Shown one piece after another: positions 31,601 through 40,219 of a stretch of 64,000 bases of DNA. How positions within the stretch are numbered: the stretch's first letter is position 1; each line of letters begins with the position of its first letter. The notes beneath the pieces were generated by a model. That model was not told where the DNA came from and searched no databases. It saw only the letters and a program-made list of their open reading frames with translations. A program made the position numbers and the translations under genes. Source of the stretch: a virus (Duplodnaviria; Caudoviricetes); IMG/VR virus record IMGVR_UViG_3300024331_000231, positions 11,923 through 75,922 of that record; one strand, written 5' to 3'.

Positions 31601-32142
31601 ATTTCACTAATCCTCTGGAGCCGGACTGGATGAAATTTAAAATTGTAGGAAAAGACGTTGACGCCTCCGGCGGAATGAATTCCTCTTTGCGATTCGTGGC
31701 TTCATTGATGAAAGAAGGATTACGTGCAAACGGAATTATAAAAACAGACGAGAAAGGGAAGCCGGGAGACGTTGAAGGAAGGAAGATATTACAGCAAGCT
31801 GCCAATAAATTATCTCCACTTGCGGGAGACGTGAAAGAACTATTCAGCACAACAGATAATAACGGCAATCCTCTGCCTTGGTCTTCAGTAAAGCCGTCTG
31901 CAGGAAGAGAAAAATTAACATGGGCTGAATACTTTGAAAGTAAATCTCCCATTTTCATATCAGAAGGATTCAAAGCGTTTAACGACGGAGCTAAGTCGAA
32001 CGGGGTGCCCGACGCTAAATTAAATAATTATTTAGAAGGCGTCGTAATAGGAATATTGGCCGGGACAACAGGAGCGCATATTACCCCTGAAATAGCAAAA
32101 AAATCCGGCAGCCGAATGCCTAACGGAAAAACATCTCAATGA
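25633..32142 (+). CDS. giant ejection/cargo protein (~2170 aa) with a circularly permuted histidine-phosphatase domain
   Basis: Largest ORF; TAATG coupling suggests start 25633 (track 25624). RTWNLG/GGETF/VTHSS precede RHG/TSDLPR at about 28700-29290. Confidence 0.7.
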   Translation: MAEEVDIPEVAPPDEGQTGNGQQPPDKVAQYYDYLKKAGADVAPSLDSFKKTLSNDSTARQYYGYLKDNKFDAPPTYGSFAKTLGITTEQPAPPEHQVVHTPIQDVRHLKDLANQPVRQNVVDPQGGLTENNQEDVARNKGYQDQYEKSVNDIASTWGTDPRATKATLEDFPDIQDENLLKKYTSLYKDNPVNYGRLKDGTDIRMAVFRSGRPDAAADAHNLNMLFTPSPADTYDDLQHYIAGAQGILSKHGLGQQYTEKLKNVFSPLINTLQPGLLTQYWNSDDKKLGLSDFQYAGLETEKMFNPGKYKQDMAIIRQNRGLDQPGGTPIPQGKEGYAYDRGVENVLYALEHQGRQNTSQYISQRTADLGPQIDKVKQHYQDYINSTTDPQMQQYFFQEFQKDPLLQEATKLYEGQQAIDYARSEDQRRFPLNYGDQATRVVKDALSSTSGVMGSAGVAGQQVLLGAGETSDNTLRFIKNTFINLLGSDQLQAKNAAANIGHQALTELAGYEGSAFSMQQSPILIDDQLQKSIQEVFDNPNLTTIQKNQKATDLIINHGDQIKVNPNAGQQNITGKAVLYTASNTIGQILGIADQSFLMGGLVGDASKAQQMANALVPMYASTQNQLYEQSLARGDEKPLLKSHLDAAIISLASLINPDIKVVKGMIGAETGLGKLIAGVDESTWNKVLTTNKPLVDKMVAGTKATARQLGLAGLQYGLVVPGAQYVVHKNVLNEDPNLGDAIKDGLIQTGITMAVPALFHGVWGGVNATKVNPTQKYALVEAGLHPKENIELIDQMVQRGQVTPDRADQIKDVIKMTGNILEQSDHVKGDGTPMTEKEAADLTFQMLRKKVLEGKLKNAPDPQKPAIEAKIHEINQDISDLHTSDADKQKSELNQLLTDHLDLLSKVPTMEGTVKEAIKRNEPEVVFSEIYDAATETKNEEGKEVSKRPEVEAIYGKKLVDKAFELHNQKQPTHGQEAIPDNAQAGNQGQVTPEPSQEGAAPPTTTTEPVPAASSFTPNSDKIQPTNQFRTWNLGDMEGKPEDEAAKKHLEGVVRAWDQHPAGETGGETFGAFVDRVIPAFEKALQEDPNNTTIVTHSSVLKAMRVWEEMGRPAVDKLTGEQKKQFADKYNAAETHNGDLETFKGTNGDIHVIRHGETEDNAKNNFRSGNTNLTDKGMQDAANVGQELKSKTGGDVPKIITSDLPRTIHSSNIINDALSESSPGTLGAHAGGDAGAGGTPEGEGVGPGQQGEASPGQTGGEGEGQEPPGGPGGTKVAAGGEAGSQTGIAERVKKEREASAGVKAPEPGTGLSVEAGVERGRTLLRGGADPERIMEAFETGKGLIADDVSVVRAQLEQLAKATDAAIEEHGEESPEAEDARKAESDWAARIQPMQTEWAEIGRRQQGSTDLDTGTVTSIKRAFKEQSGKPLTDKQAETAQNLHARIKEQETTISDLQKRLDDINNSDQSKKSTTFSDKAKKAANLVRKLKNKEFTFKDSDGNDIPVHKMGVSWNDIVELGAKAIEKTGQIADGIAAIIEKVKEADWYKGLSAEDQKRFAKELEDHYTGIADKKEAARIKALEKQLEELQAGKVKTKTERQQSAREQALKDQIFQAKQNLGLIKPKGAPTPKTQINKPKIDIATHFIDKKDNNFTQEESKAIWEHTKAVMENGKTDFHDVIKQVAMDSGLSSEQVRRAIAQPKGAKVVTDKMYAAMYKRNQIIQQAKAWVKSADQSPAKKFWKAVIAGPAAIVTALHGSVAPITHVGGDLYRPFNWKSYFNFMLNSYQYSFGGLTEKGKARYEKDMGDLVRDPMFIMAKKAGVKCDPTDLSGDDYSKYQGIWGKLAKMGERGFNAMKPYRLEQFKKMYNGLSDQAKGNSDVIKTIAEIANLSSGTTSVKTGKYTDVVVFAPKLVTSQYQRIFSEPAKAVGTFAKWGASLASPNKIAAPTDAQKLQAKMVARHTGEMMATYMIGLAANQAILTMNGSKQKINFTNPLEPDWMKFKIVGKDVDASGGMNSSLRFVASLMKEGLRANGIIKTDEKGKPGDVEGRKILQQAANKLSPLAGDVKELFSTTDNNGNPLPWSSVKPSAGREKLTWAEYFESKSPIFISEGFKAFNDGAKSNGVPDAKLNNYLEGVVIGILAGTTGAHITPEIAKKSGSRMPNGKTSQ
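29282..29464 (+). CDS. small basic protein overprinted in the +1 frame inside the giant cargo gene
   Basis: MPYQSLAQERWAH...KVKEWDQASKGKHLPAK resembles the recurrent phage MP(F/Y)KS.AQ.R...EW....KGK.LP family; AT-rich leader with A at -3. Confidence 0.6.
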   Translation: MPYQSLAQERWAHTQAGTQALGGPQKVKEWDQASKGKHLPAKLAGKGRGKSHQAALVGRK

Positions 32143-33515
32143 GAAAGTATTATGCCATATTAGACGATCCGGGAAGCGGAGGAGGCGGAGGGAATCCACC
32201 CACCGCACCAAAAGGCTATGTACCCAGTACCCCGGACCAGCGGACGCAGTGGAATTCATTTTTAGACTTTGCCGGCAAGCAGCCGGGAGCAAATCTGACG
32301 GACCCCAAGGCGCAGACAGCGCTGCTCGCGCAGTACAAAAAGCAAAACCCGGAGTTCTCCATTACGGCGGAGCAAATCCCTAACATCCAGTACGAAGCCT
32401 ATCAGATACGAAAAGGGGACAAATTTGGCAATCTGGGCTCCAAAGAACTCGGGTACATCCGTCAAGGCCTGTCGCCCAACTTTATCAACGCCGATACGAC
32501 CAATATCGGGAAGCTCTATTATCCCCAGATGTCCACACATGGCACTGACCTGGAAGGATACTATAATTCTAAATTCAACCCTACGGCGGTCCAGTCCCCG
32601 GCCGAACCGTCGCCAACAGCCCAACCAGCAGCGACTAGTCCTGTAGCAGTATCTCCATCCGCAACTTCGAGCAATACGCCAAGCGGGGCAATTCCCCTGC
32701 CAAACTATAATGATCCGACTTCGAGATTAAACTATGCTAATTCGTTTCGACAGAAATATGGTAAAGAGGTGCTGAAAGGCTATGGCGACATTCCTTTGCG
32801 AGTAAATGAAAAACCTGAGTATGCCTCGGATACATCCAAGAATCTAGCGATCAAAGAAGCGAAAAAGTTAGGTCTTGATCCTGCATTACTTTATGCTTCC
32901 AGTATGATCGAGGGACAGAGTGGACTATACCCGCAAAAAGATAAGATAACGGGCGAAATGACGGTCAATTACACAGGAGACGATGAATATCCGGTCAGTG
33001 GGCTATGGAGCTTCGGTCTGGACAGTTTTTTAGACTATCTCCCGCAACTAAAAAAGAAAGGATACTTGCCACAAGATTTCGAGAAAAACTACAAAGTGTG
33101 GGATAAACCAGGTGGTCCCGCTGGAAAAGATGCTAATGAAGAATCCGTCATGTTCAAAACAACTGACGCGGGGGTGCAGGCGAAAGCCGCAATGCTCAGA
33201 GCTTTCAATGATGAATTTGACGAGAAGTTACATGAAAAGAACATAACGCTTAGTCCACAGCAAAGAGATTTCTTCAGGCTCGCCTACTTCAATAGCGGAC
33301 AACATTCATTTCAACTATTGGATGCATATAAAAAAAATGGTCTCCTTAAGAGCGATGATTTTATAAATAAAATGCCGGATGTGCCCATTCCGGAATTTGT
33401 CAAATTATATAAAGGAGACACAAAAAAAGCGGAAACGCTTCACAAACAAATTTATGGCAATATCGTCCCTCGAATTTTGGCGGCCAAAGGACTAAAACAA
33501 GAAGGACTTTTTTAA
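32139..33515 (+). CDS. virion-associated peptidoglycan hydrolase (lysozyme/SLT-like fold), cargo protein
   Basis: AKKLGLDPALLYASSMIEG (catalytic Glu), GLWSFG, AYFNSG (AYNxG-like). Confidence 0.6.
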   Translation: MRKYYAILDDPGSGGGGGNPPTAPKGYVPSTPDQRTQWNSFLDFAGKQPGANLTDPKAQTALLAQYKKQNPEFSITAEQIPNIQYEAYQIRKGDKFGNLGSKELGYIRQGLSPNFINADTTNIGKLYYPQMSTHGTDLEGYYNSKFNPTAVQSPAEPSPTAQPAATSPVAVSPSATSSNTPSGAIPLPNYNDPTSRLNYANSFRQKYGKEVLKGYGDIPLRVNEKPEYASDTSKNLAIKEAKKLGLDPALLYASSMIEGQSGLYPQKDKITGEMTVNYTGDDEYPVSGLWSFGLDSFLDYLPQLKKKGYLPQDFEKNYKVWDKPGGPAGKDANEESVMFKTTDAGVQAKAAMLRAFNDEFDEKLHEKNITLSPQQRDFFRLAYFNSGQHSFQLLDAYKKNGLLKSDDFINKMPDVPIPEFVKLYKGDTKKAETLHKQIYGNIVPRILAAKGLKQEGLF

Positions 33516-33538
33516 AATATTAAAAAACTAGCAATAAT

Positions 33539-34045
33539 ATGGCACTTGTTCCATCCTTTACCGTTGCCCCAACTTCTGATCCGTCCCAACTAGTCCTGGT
33601 GGACACAAGCACAGGCAGCGATGGAGCGATCACGGATCGCAAGATCATCCTTCTGAATTCCGCCGGCAACCAGTACGCCGGCTCGCCCTTCGATTGGCCG
33701 ATCGCCAATCCTTCGATCACCATTTCGCCGCTGACGTCAGACGTCGCGCTGAACATCGTTGTCAATTGGAATAACAATGTAGGGACCGTTTTGTATACCA
33801 AAAGCCAGTTATACGTCGCTACACAATATGCAGAGCAGTTTTATTATTCGCTGACCCAGCAGCAGGCTGCAACGACCAACCTGAATATCCTGAACGACTA
33901 TCCTTATTTCGAGAACAAAAGCAAGCTCCGAATGCTCATCGATTCTGCCGTGCAGGCAGTAGCCGTTGGACTGGATATTTTCAGCGCACAATTCTGCATT
34001 TCTATTTATCAACAAATGCTTAATAATCCTAATCTGTATTTCTAA
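33539..34045 (+). CDS. tail hub/structural protein
   Basis: Beta-rich N-terminus, helical C-terminus; synteny. Confidence 0.5.
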   Translation: MALVPSFTVAPTSDPSQLVLVDTSTGSDGAITDRKIILLNSAGNQYAGSPFDWPIANPSITISPLTSDVALNIVVNWNNNVGTVLYTKSQLYVATQYAEQFYYSLTQQQAATTNLNILNDYPYFENKSKLRMLIDSAVQAVAVGLDIFSAQFCISIYQQMLNNPNLYF

Positions 34046-34914
34046 TGAGTATTCAATTATCCATACCGCAAATATTGCAGATCGCCAAGCTCTGCCAGCC
34101 CTTGACGGTAGTCGATAGTCATACAAAAATGGTCTACCAGGGAGGGGACCTGAACATGCGACAGGCGAGGCTCATTTATATGGAGCGCGTGGCCGTTCAA
34201 AACCGGTATAACCTCAATCCCAATGACCCAACGCTGCGCGATACCTCAAACTACCTATTCTCGCTGCTGCGCAACTGGCCGGCTGCTCAGAATATGATCA
34301 ACGCCATTGGCGGCGGTTTAGCTGTTATAACCGGGCCTTCGAACGCCAGCGTCAATGTAGGTGATACGGCGACTTTTACGATCGGGGTCACTTCATCTTC
34401 GGTATACACCATTCAATGGTACAAAAATGGCTCCCCCATTGCCGGGGCTACATCGCTTTCCTATAGTTTGGTCAATGCACAGCTCACAGATAGCGGTGAC
34501 AGTTTTTACGCGATCGTGACCAACGGTGCAGGTCCGTCGCCCTCGCTGACAGCAAGTTTGACCGTGACAGCCGCCCTGCAGGCGAAGTGGTGGTTTGGGG
34601 ACACTGATCCCTTCCCGGACCTCAGCGGCGGAAGCGACACGCTCGATTACCAGATCACGCAGAATATCACGCACAATGCCCCCATTGTGATCGATTATTC
34701 CGGGCAAACGGGAGCCGAAAATAACCAGTTCAATGTCCTGAGATATCCCAATACCGAAAACGATAAGACGACATGGATCAATACCGGATTCAACCAAGGA
34801 AACATTCCTGATAGTGTAATGCACGCGATCCTGAATATCAACGGTTTTAAATATGTGATCAGCCGCAATGCCATGAACCTAGATGCCATAACCACAACAA
34901 TGACTTATTCGTAA
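34045..34914 (+). CDS. tail-associated protein with an Ig-like (I-set) domain
   Basis: PSNASVNVGDTATF...IQWYKNGSPIAGATS...DSGDSFYAIVTN. Confidence 0.7.
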   Translation: MSIQLSIPQILQIAKLCQPLTVVDSHTKMVYQGGDLNMRQARLIYMERVAVQNRYNLNPNDPTLRDTSNYLFSLLRNWPAAQNMINAIGGGLAVITGPSNASVNVGDTATFTIGVTSSSVYTIQWYKNGSPIAGATSLSYSLVNAQLTDSGDSFYAIVTNGAGPSPSLTASLTVTAALQAKWWFGDTDPFPDLSGGSDTLDYQITQNITHNAPIVIDYSGQTGAENNQFNVLRYPNTENDKTTWINTGFNQGNIPDSVMHAILNINGFKYVISRNAMNLDAITTTMTYS

Positions 34915-34930
34915 AGACCAAAAAAACGAT

Positions 34931-37900
34931 ATGACAATGACCCATAACCAGAGGTTACCGGATAAATACCGGTCCCTCCTTTTAGGAATCTTCTTCGCAG
35001 TTCTTACTTTTTCAGCCAGTAGTCAGACGTATAACCCTTCGACTTGCTGTACGGTGAGTAACAAAAGCTATGGCGCTGCCCAAGCTGTATCTACAGACGG
35101 GCGTTCATGGTTTTACGATGCTACTAATTTCGTGATGCGAGACTACAACGGAACCACAGAAGTCTTTTCCTACCTGAATCTGGCCAAATACCGTTCCGGG
35201 CACTTCCCGATCTTTGTTCACAGCGGGGGTATATTGCAATCCAATGGCGTATGGTTGGGAGGATCGACGCTCGTTTACTGGTTCAAGGATTCCACAGGGA
35301 ACGCGAACCTCGTAAGATGGTATACGGATTCCACCGCCCTACCGGGGGCGCCGTTTTATTCTGTCGCCAATAACCTGTCGGAAGGTAATGCAGGTCTCAT
35401 CAAAGGAAACCTCGCCCTGGACTTCGTCAACAATACAAGCGATGCCACAAAAAATGCGGCTGCCGTGTCCCTGACCAATCATACGATAGACGGCACGCTC
35501 AACACATTGCAGAACATTCCGAATGCTGCGCTTGCCCATAGTACGATCGGCCTTACGGCGACACACAATCCCGCCTCCGATATCAGTGTACCGGTCAGCC
35601 CGGCAACGTTGGGTAATAGCATCACTATTAATATTCCAGATGGTGGCACTGCTTCACGAGGAGCTATCATAGCTACAGACTGGAATTCGTTCCACAGCAA
35701 ATTGGACAGCATTCACATATCCAACGATACCGTCTATAATTGCGCAAACGGGACCTGTACTTTTCAAAGCGTCCTCGTCGGGACAGGATCGGTCAATTCG
35801 GTGGACGGCACAGATGCTTCCTTGCTTTTTTCGCCGACTACTGGAAATGTACTCGGAAAAGTGAATCCAGCCTTTACCTTTAACTGGGCGGGCCAACATT
35901 CCTTTCTTTCCTTTGCGCCGATTTTTTCTACATTAACCACGGCTGGCGGAATCTTCTATGGGAATGGAAGTGGCCAACTGCTGCAATCCAGCGGGGGCAC
36001 CAATGGACAAATATTCAAGTCGACCGGCGGCGGGACAGCCCCATTATTTTTTACACCGGATGCGGCAACGGTAAATGGCTGGCTCGGCTATACCGCGCTT
36101 TCCAGCGCACTGAGTTCCAGCCATATTTTTGTAGGAAATGGATCAAATATAGCTACGGATGTAGCCATGTCGGGGGACGGAACATTAAGCAATACTGGGG
36201 TATTAACGATTACAAAGCCGGACAGCGCTCTGGCGGCTGGCTATAATCTTGGCCTGTCCCGGTCCGGCACCACGGTGACCGTTTTTTCCACGGATACGTT
36301 AGAGGCGTACGTTGGGCAGATTTTGCGCTCGCCCTCTTTTGCTTCGCTAACCGGCTGGACCAATAACGGATCTGCGACTTTCACCGCTACGGGAGGCGTC
36401 ATCACCGCATCTGGCGGAGCGGGGCTCGATGATTTTACCAATAGTCTTGACTATAACTATTACACCGGTGCAGACGAGTGGGGCTTTTCTACTGTTTTGA
36501 AAACGGGAACAGCCGCCGCTAATGTTGGCATGTCTGTGGGAATTCGGACTACCAATACTTATGTACCCTGCTCAATGGCCGTTCAATTCGACGGTTCGAA
36601 TTCGGCGCATGCCGGTCGCATATACCTGAGAGCCTTTCGTGGTGTAAACTTTATACGGGTCGATTCTACCGCTGCCCTATCTTTCACGGCAGGAGACAAA
36701 ATTGAGATCAATGTATTTTTGAACCGCTACTCGGTTACCATTCTCGCCAGAGACCAGACTACCAACAGCGCTCACGTCTACATTACACACAATTTTCCCG
36801 TAGCGCTCAGTTCTGACGTGTTGCCCAATACCGGCCATTTTTCCATATGGCAGCATGGGGGAGCCAATGAGATCGACAGCGCGGCCATAACCATATATTC
36901 GTTGAAATACCCGGCAATTTGTGTGCTCGGGGATAGCCGCCTCTATGGTGATTTGGTCGGCGATTACGGAGTTTCTTACGTGCAGCAATTACAAAGCAGG
37001 TATGGGAGCGTCGTGAATTTCGCAAAGGCCGGAGATAGGACAACAGATATTCTCAACCGTGTTCCGGAAGCGTTATCCACGCATACAAAGCAATTTGTAT
37101 ACATGGCCGGCGTTAACGACATAGCTGCCACCACCGATACCAATACCATAAAAAGTAATATCGCTTCGACCTACAGCGGCCTTATATCACAAGGTGCGAA
37201 AGTGTGGTTTTTATTGCCGTGGTTTTCCTCGGTCTACGACCAGACGTGGCTCAGAAATTATATCGTTCGAACGTATCCCAATTGGATAGATACATGGACG
37301 CCCTCAGTGAATTGTGCAGATTGTCGAGCTGCCGACGGCGTGCACTATACCGCTATCGGTAATAGAATCCTGGCACGAGCCACACTTGACACCAATGTCC
37401 TGGTGGGTGGAAGAACGCGGCTCCCGGATAGCGCCGTCGTCAAAGCGATCAGCCTCTGGAGTGCCAATGACAGCGTCCAGACCCTTGTCACAGCAACCGT
37501 CGACAACCAGGTGACTTCGGATAACACCTTCGTATACAATCGGAAGACGAGGAGGTTAGGGATCTTTCCCGGCGTTGGTCCTTCATCCGGGCTGACTGAT
37601 CCACAGCATACGATTGATGCAAGTACAGGAGATATCTCCGGAAGGACTATTCAACTAAACCCGGCTTCCGGCGGAGGAATGGCCATGAAAACGATCACGC
37701 TTTTTAAGACCGTCAATGGTCTTTCATTTAATGATACGTGGATCATGGGACTGGACAATTCCTCCCTTGCTAACCTGTATCTAGGGAGTGGTAGTCTTTC
37801 AGCTTTCCACCTATTTGACCGCGGCGGAAACGATTTCATTAACGCCTTTATCGGCTCCTTATCTTCTGCCTTGACAATTAGCGGCGGCTCCTGCTATGCG

Positions 37901-38569
37901 GGAGCAACCAACACCGGCGCCAGCCAGTTACAATTGAACGGTGGAAGCGGCACGGGAACCGGCACTCCCAGTGATGTAATTATCGGGTTACCCACCACTA
38001 CTGGCAGTGGATCGACCCTTCAAACCATCACCAACCGCTGGTGGTTCAAAGGCACGACGCTAGGATTATCGAACAATAGCTCTCCATCGGCGTCGGCAGC
38101 GATTGACCTTACCGGAAACGTAACACAAGGGTTTTTACCGCCGGTAATGACGACCGCCCAATTCAATGCCATTAGCTCCAGGGCCACCGGGTTGCACGCT
38201 GTGCTCACGGATTCTTCCAACCGAATGGCCGTCTATAATGGAGCCAGCACGCTTGCGTACGCGACGTCGGATATGCTCAACAATATTCCCCTGCGCTATC
38301 CGCATTCAATTTCCACGCCCGCCACAGGAGGGACAGTCAATCTGGTCGCCAACCAATACAATATTATCAACCCGGCAGGAGCCTTGGTCGCCCTTACAGT
38401 CAATCTGCCCTCCAGCCCGGTCAATAATGATGTAGTGTACATCAAATACACCCAAGCGATCACAACCGTCACGTACGGCAATGGAACTGTTGTCGATGGG
38501 ATTACTGCACCGACTGCAGGAGGACTGGTCGTGCTCACTTATGACAGCGGAACAACGTCCTGGTATTAA
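34931..38569 (+). CDS. tail fibre/receptor-binding protein with a lectin-like region and an SGNH esterase domain; N-terminal signal peptide
   Basis: Fibre repeats (SHIFVGNGSNIATDVAMSGD); SGNH blocks GDSR, AGDRT, GVND, DGVH; GFLPPVMTTAQ motif; signal KYRSLLLGIFFAVLTFSASS then Q. Confidence 0.75.
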   Translation: MTMTHNQRLPDKYRSLLLGIFFAVLTFSASSQTYNPSTCCTVSNKSYGAAQAVSTDGRSWFYDATNFVMRDYNGTTEVFSYLNLAKYRSGHFPIFVHSGGILQSNGVWLGGSTLVYWFKDSTGNANLVRWYTDSTALPGAPFYSVANNLSEGNAGLIKGNLALDFVNNTSDATKNAAAVSLTNHTIDGTLNTLQNIPNAALAHSTIGLTATHNPASDISVPVSPATLGNSITINIPDGGTASRGAIIATDWNSFHSKLDSIHISNDTVYNCANGTCTFQSVLVGTGSVNSVDGTDASLLFSPTTGNVLGKVNPAFTFNWAGQHSFLSFAPIFSTLTTAGGIFYGNGSGQLLQSSGGTNGQIFKSTGGGTAPLFFTPDAATVNGWLGYTALSSALSSSHIFVGNGSNIATDVAMSGDGTLSNTGVLTITKPDSALAAGYNLGLSRSGTTVTVFSTDTLEAYVGQILRSPSFASLTGWTNNGSATFTATGGVITASGGAGLDDFTNSLDYNYYTGADEWGFSTVLKTGTAAANVGMSVGIRTTNTYVPCSMAVQFDGSNSAHAGRIYLRAFRGVNFIRVDSTAALSFTAGDKIEINVFLNRYSVTILARDQTTNSAHVYITHNFPVALSSDVLPNTGHFSIWQHGGANEIDSAAITIYSLKYPAICVLGDSRLYGDLVGDYGVSYVQQLQSRYGSVVNFAKAGDRTTDILNRVPEALSTHTKQFVYMAGVNDIAATTDTNTIKSNIASTYSGLISQGAKVWFLLPWFSSVYDQTWLRNYIVRTYPNWIDTWTPSVNCADCRAADGVHYTAIGNRILARATLDTNVLVGGRTRLPDSAVVKAISLWSANDSVQTLVTATVDNQVTSDNTFVYNRKTRRLGIFPGVGPSSGLTDPQHTIDASTGDISGRTIQLNPASGGGMAMKTITLFKTVNGLSFNDTWIMGLDNSSLANLYLGSGSLSAFHLFDRGGNDFINAFIGSLSSALTISGGSCYAGATNTGASQLQLNGGSGTGTGTPSDVIIGLPTTTGSGSTLQTITNRWWFKGTTLGLSNNSSPSASAAIDLTGNVTQGFLPPVMTTAQFNAISSRATGLHAVLTDSSNRMAVYNGASTLAYATSDMLNNIPLRYPHSISTPATGGTVNLVANQYNIINPAGALVALTVNLPSSPVNNDVVYIKYTQAITTVTYGNGTVVDGITAPTAGGLVVLTYDSGTTSWY

Positions 38570-38594
38570 TTTGGAAACCCAAAACTGCAAAGCG

Positions 38595-39917
38595 ATGAAA
38601 AAAGTAGGTGTTCTGCCTCTCTTGCTGCTCATACTGACCGCGCCGGCTTTCCGGCTTTGCGCGCAGAGCGAACCCAACAACCCAGTAACCTATGACACGA
38701 CCATCACGGAAGCCGCCAACGGAGAGGGGCCGTACACCTGGAACGTCCGGATCACCCGCCAAAAGGCAGATACTGTTTCTCGGCCGGGCATTTTCTTCAT
38801 ACCGGGGTCCGGTGAGGTGGGAACAAATGCGCTTTTGCTGCGTAACTACGGTCCCCATTACTGGCTATTGAACGGCTGGGACGGCGGCGTAAAGCTCGGT
38901 AATGGCGTCCACTATCCCGTCCTGGTCAGTATTCAACAACCGGTACAGAACATGCGGCCGTGGCATCTCAAAGCCGTTTTGGAGACCTTGCTCAAAATCC
39001 TGCCTGTTAAACGGAGCAGCGTTCATGTGACAGGGCTCAGCCAGGGGTCCTATGAATGGGGCGAATTGATCGGGTTTGCAGCCTTTAAAGGCGATCAGCA
39101 GGCCATGAGCGAGGTCCGGAGCTGGGTGGACCTGGAAGGGGTAGGCCCCGGCGACAATTTCCTCGGTTTCGATCCGCCTTTTCCGCAGGCCTACCAAACA
39201 TGGGTCAGTAAATATGGCGGCCGGTTTATGGGGCTGGAAGGCACACAGGACTCCCGCGGTATTTGGCAGCTGACGCAGCCGATGAATGCGGCGGCCGCGA
39301 ACTCGGCCTATTTCGCTTATGAAAATATCGGCGGAGGGACACACTGCTGCTGGAATTCGATGTACGACCCGAAGGTAACGAGCTGGATCGCCGGCCAGAA
39401 TGTGAACGTCATCGCTTCCACCAGTCCTGCCACTACCTATGGCTCCTACTATTACTGCGCGACAACAGGCTCCAGTCTTTTTCAGTGGATGCTGCGCCAG
39501 GGAGATACCTCCATGGCCAACTATGTGCCCCCTCCGGCTCCTGTGGCCCTCATCACAACCGATACTACCCAACTCACGACGCCTATCTCTGTGATCCGGC
39601 TAAGCGGCGCTACTTCAACGGGGTCCGGATTGACGTATGCATGGGGGCAACTGAGCGGACCCAATACCGCCGGCAGCTCGCTTATCCCGGGTAACACCAC
39701 CGATATCATATTCTGGGGTCTGGTCCCCGGCTCCTACGTGTTTCAGTTGACGGTCAAAGACAATCAAGGCCGCTCGGCGGTCGCGACCGTCAATGTGAAC
39801 ATTTATCAGCCGCCTCCCCGGATAGTGACCGCTGTCACGATAAATGTCAATGGCTCGACCTATCCTATCCCCCTTAGCTGGCTGAAGATCACCTACTCAG
39901 ACGGCACAACGCAATAA
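38595..39917 (+). CDS. secreted alpha/beta-hydrolase (esterase-like) with a C-terminal PKD-like domain
   Basis: Signal MKKVGVLPLLLLILTAPAFRLCA then Q; nucleophile elbow HVTGLSQG; GGTHCCW; YAWGQLSGP...YVFQLTVKD. Start at 38595 (track 38481). Confidence 0.75.
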   Translation: MKKVGVLPLLLLILTAPAFRLCAQSEPNNPVTYDTTITEAANGEGPYTWNVRITRQKADTVSRPGIFFIPGSGEVGTNALLLRNYGPHYWLLNGWDGGVKLGNGVHYPVLVSIQQPVQNMRPWHLKAVLETLLKILPVKRSSVHVTGLSQGSYEWGELIGFAAFKGDQQAMSEVRSWVDLEGVGPGDNFLGFDPPFPQAYQTWVSKYGGRFMGLEGTQDSRGIWQLTQPMNAAAANSAYFAYENIGGGTHCCWNSMYDPKVTSWIAGQNVNVIASTSPATTYGSYYYCATTGSSLFQWMLRQGDTSMANYVPPPAPVALITTDTTQLTTPISVIRLSGATSTGSGLTYAWGQLSGPNTAGSSLIPGNTTDIIFWGLVPGSYVFQLTVKDNQGRSAVATVNVNIYQPPPRIVTAVTINVNGSTYPIPLSWLKITYSDGTTQ

Positions 39918-39932
39918 TCATTTGAAAACAAT

Positions 39933-40193
39933 ATGAAAACTACTTTTTCCATGGCAAATTTTCAAGCAAACTTAAATACCGTCCTTCTGGGCCTCTGCGT
40001 GACAGGAATAGCATGGACCTTGAAATCGATCAACGAACTGGATAGCCAGATGGCCGCCCAAGAAGTCAACGTCTCGGACTTACGGGAGGATATAAAGAGC
40101 ATTAATGATGTCAACAACGACCATTCTAAAGCGATTCAGGATCTCAATGGACGGTTATTAAAGCTGGAACTGCTTTCTAAGCCAAAACCATAA
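39933..40193 (+). CDS. single-TM coiled-coil lysis-module protein
   Basis: TM VLLGLCVTGIAWTL then a heptad-like coiled coil; upstream of the holin. Confidence 0.5.
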   Translation: MKTTFSMANFQANLNTVLLGLCVTGIAWTLKSINELDSQMAAQEVNVSDLREDIKSINDVNNDHSKAIQDLNGRLLKLELLSKPKP

Positions 40194-40219
40194 TTTTTTT
40201 ACCACGAAAACCACACAAC

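Noticed and set aside
25633-32142. Virion RNA polymerase or DarB-like helicase/methylase in the giant protein
   Set aside because: No DxDxD catalytic motif, Walker/DEAD motifs or NPPY/F motif seen; remote homology cannot be excluded without HHpred.
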